Shown: in pieces, positions 63,430 to 64,000 of the stretch | Numbering within the stretch: the stretch's first letter is position 1 | Layout of the letters: the number at the start of each line of letters is the position of its first letter | The notes under the pieces: generated by a model | Seen by the model: only the letters and a program-made list of their open reading frames with translations | What the model was told of the DNA's origin: nothing | Databases searched by the model: none | Made by a program: the position numbers and the translations under genes | Assembly: GCA_002633005.1 (NCBI GenBank) | Contig: NMRA01000490.1 | Coordinates: forward strand, 106,170 to 170,169 | Length of the DNA: 64,000 bases | Direction of reading: 5' to 3' | Origin: Phoronis australis | Taxonomy: Eukaryota; Animalia; Phoronida

Positions 63430-63800
63430 ATTGGGCACATTTGCTGCCTTGTTTTCATGCCACTTGATTTTCAAATGTTATTTATTGTTGTCCGATTCTT
63501 TACAAGTTTTTCTCCACTGTGTGAGAAAGTTTGATAAACTGAATAAATACCCGTGGATGCATAATCTGAAATTCTTCGCCTTCCCGACATCAATGAGAGA
63601 CACACTGAAAAATGTGCCTGATTTCCAAAACATGATCATGTGCTTTCTTATCTCCGCGACAAAGGAGATTTCTATCGCTGCGTAATCCGGGACGACCCTA
63701 TTAGGAAACTGGGGCCCACCTAAAATAATTTGTACCATTTTTGCTTTGTCAGGGACAAAACATTGTAAGCTGCCAAAACCAAAAGCGCCGTACAACCATG
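63430..63800 (+). pseudogene. THAP-domain transposon relic, copy B
   Basis: VRKFDKLNKYPWMHNLKFFAFPT (THAP FxFP motif), with a later GPT...TIF-like remnant. DNA is similar to copy A. Confidence 0.6.
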
Positions 63801-64000
63801 CACAGAAATTCTCTATGGTAAAATCTCACCAACACACAATATGGTGGACAAGTCAAATTTTATGTTTTCATTTTTTTAATAAAAGATACGAAGCACTAAA
63901 TAGATGCTATAAATGTCTATGCCAAAGCTAACTTCAGACAATGTTTCCAGCAACTGTGAACTTTCAAAACAATATTAGAAGTGTTTGAAAAATGAAACAA

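Overview
Eukaryotic, AT-rich (roughly 38% GC by eye) invertebrate-type genomic DNA with GT-AG introns, many transposon relics and three single-N gaps (33226, 37625, 44231). Two protein-coding genes are well supported. One is an archaemetzincin (peptidase M54, AMZ2-like) with two coding exons at 5467-6736. The other is an intronless Ig-superfamily type I membrane protein at 9501-11111. The most distinctive element is a 2.77-kb internally deleted Polinton/Maverick at 2040-4812. It keeps both ~300-bp TIRs, a 6-bp TSD and fused N- and C-terminal pieces of protein-primed PolB, and its TIRs are rich in transcription-factor motifs. It lies next to a CR1-type LINE relic, just upstream of the metalloprotease. 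The rest of the window is non-coding, with nested MITEs (Tc1/pogo-type TA, Harbinger CAG, Kolobok TTAA, and a CA...TG family with 5-bp TSDs), LINE, THAP and possible Crypton relics, tRNA-like cassettes, and a near-perfect 56 x 18-bp tandem array. From ~21.6 kb onward the non-TE sequence looks CpG-depleted, like a long gene body, but I could not identify coding exons there. All alignments were done by eye. I see no firm evidence of a wholly new biological system.
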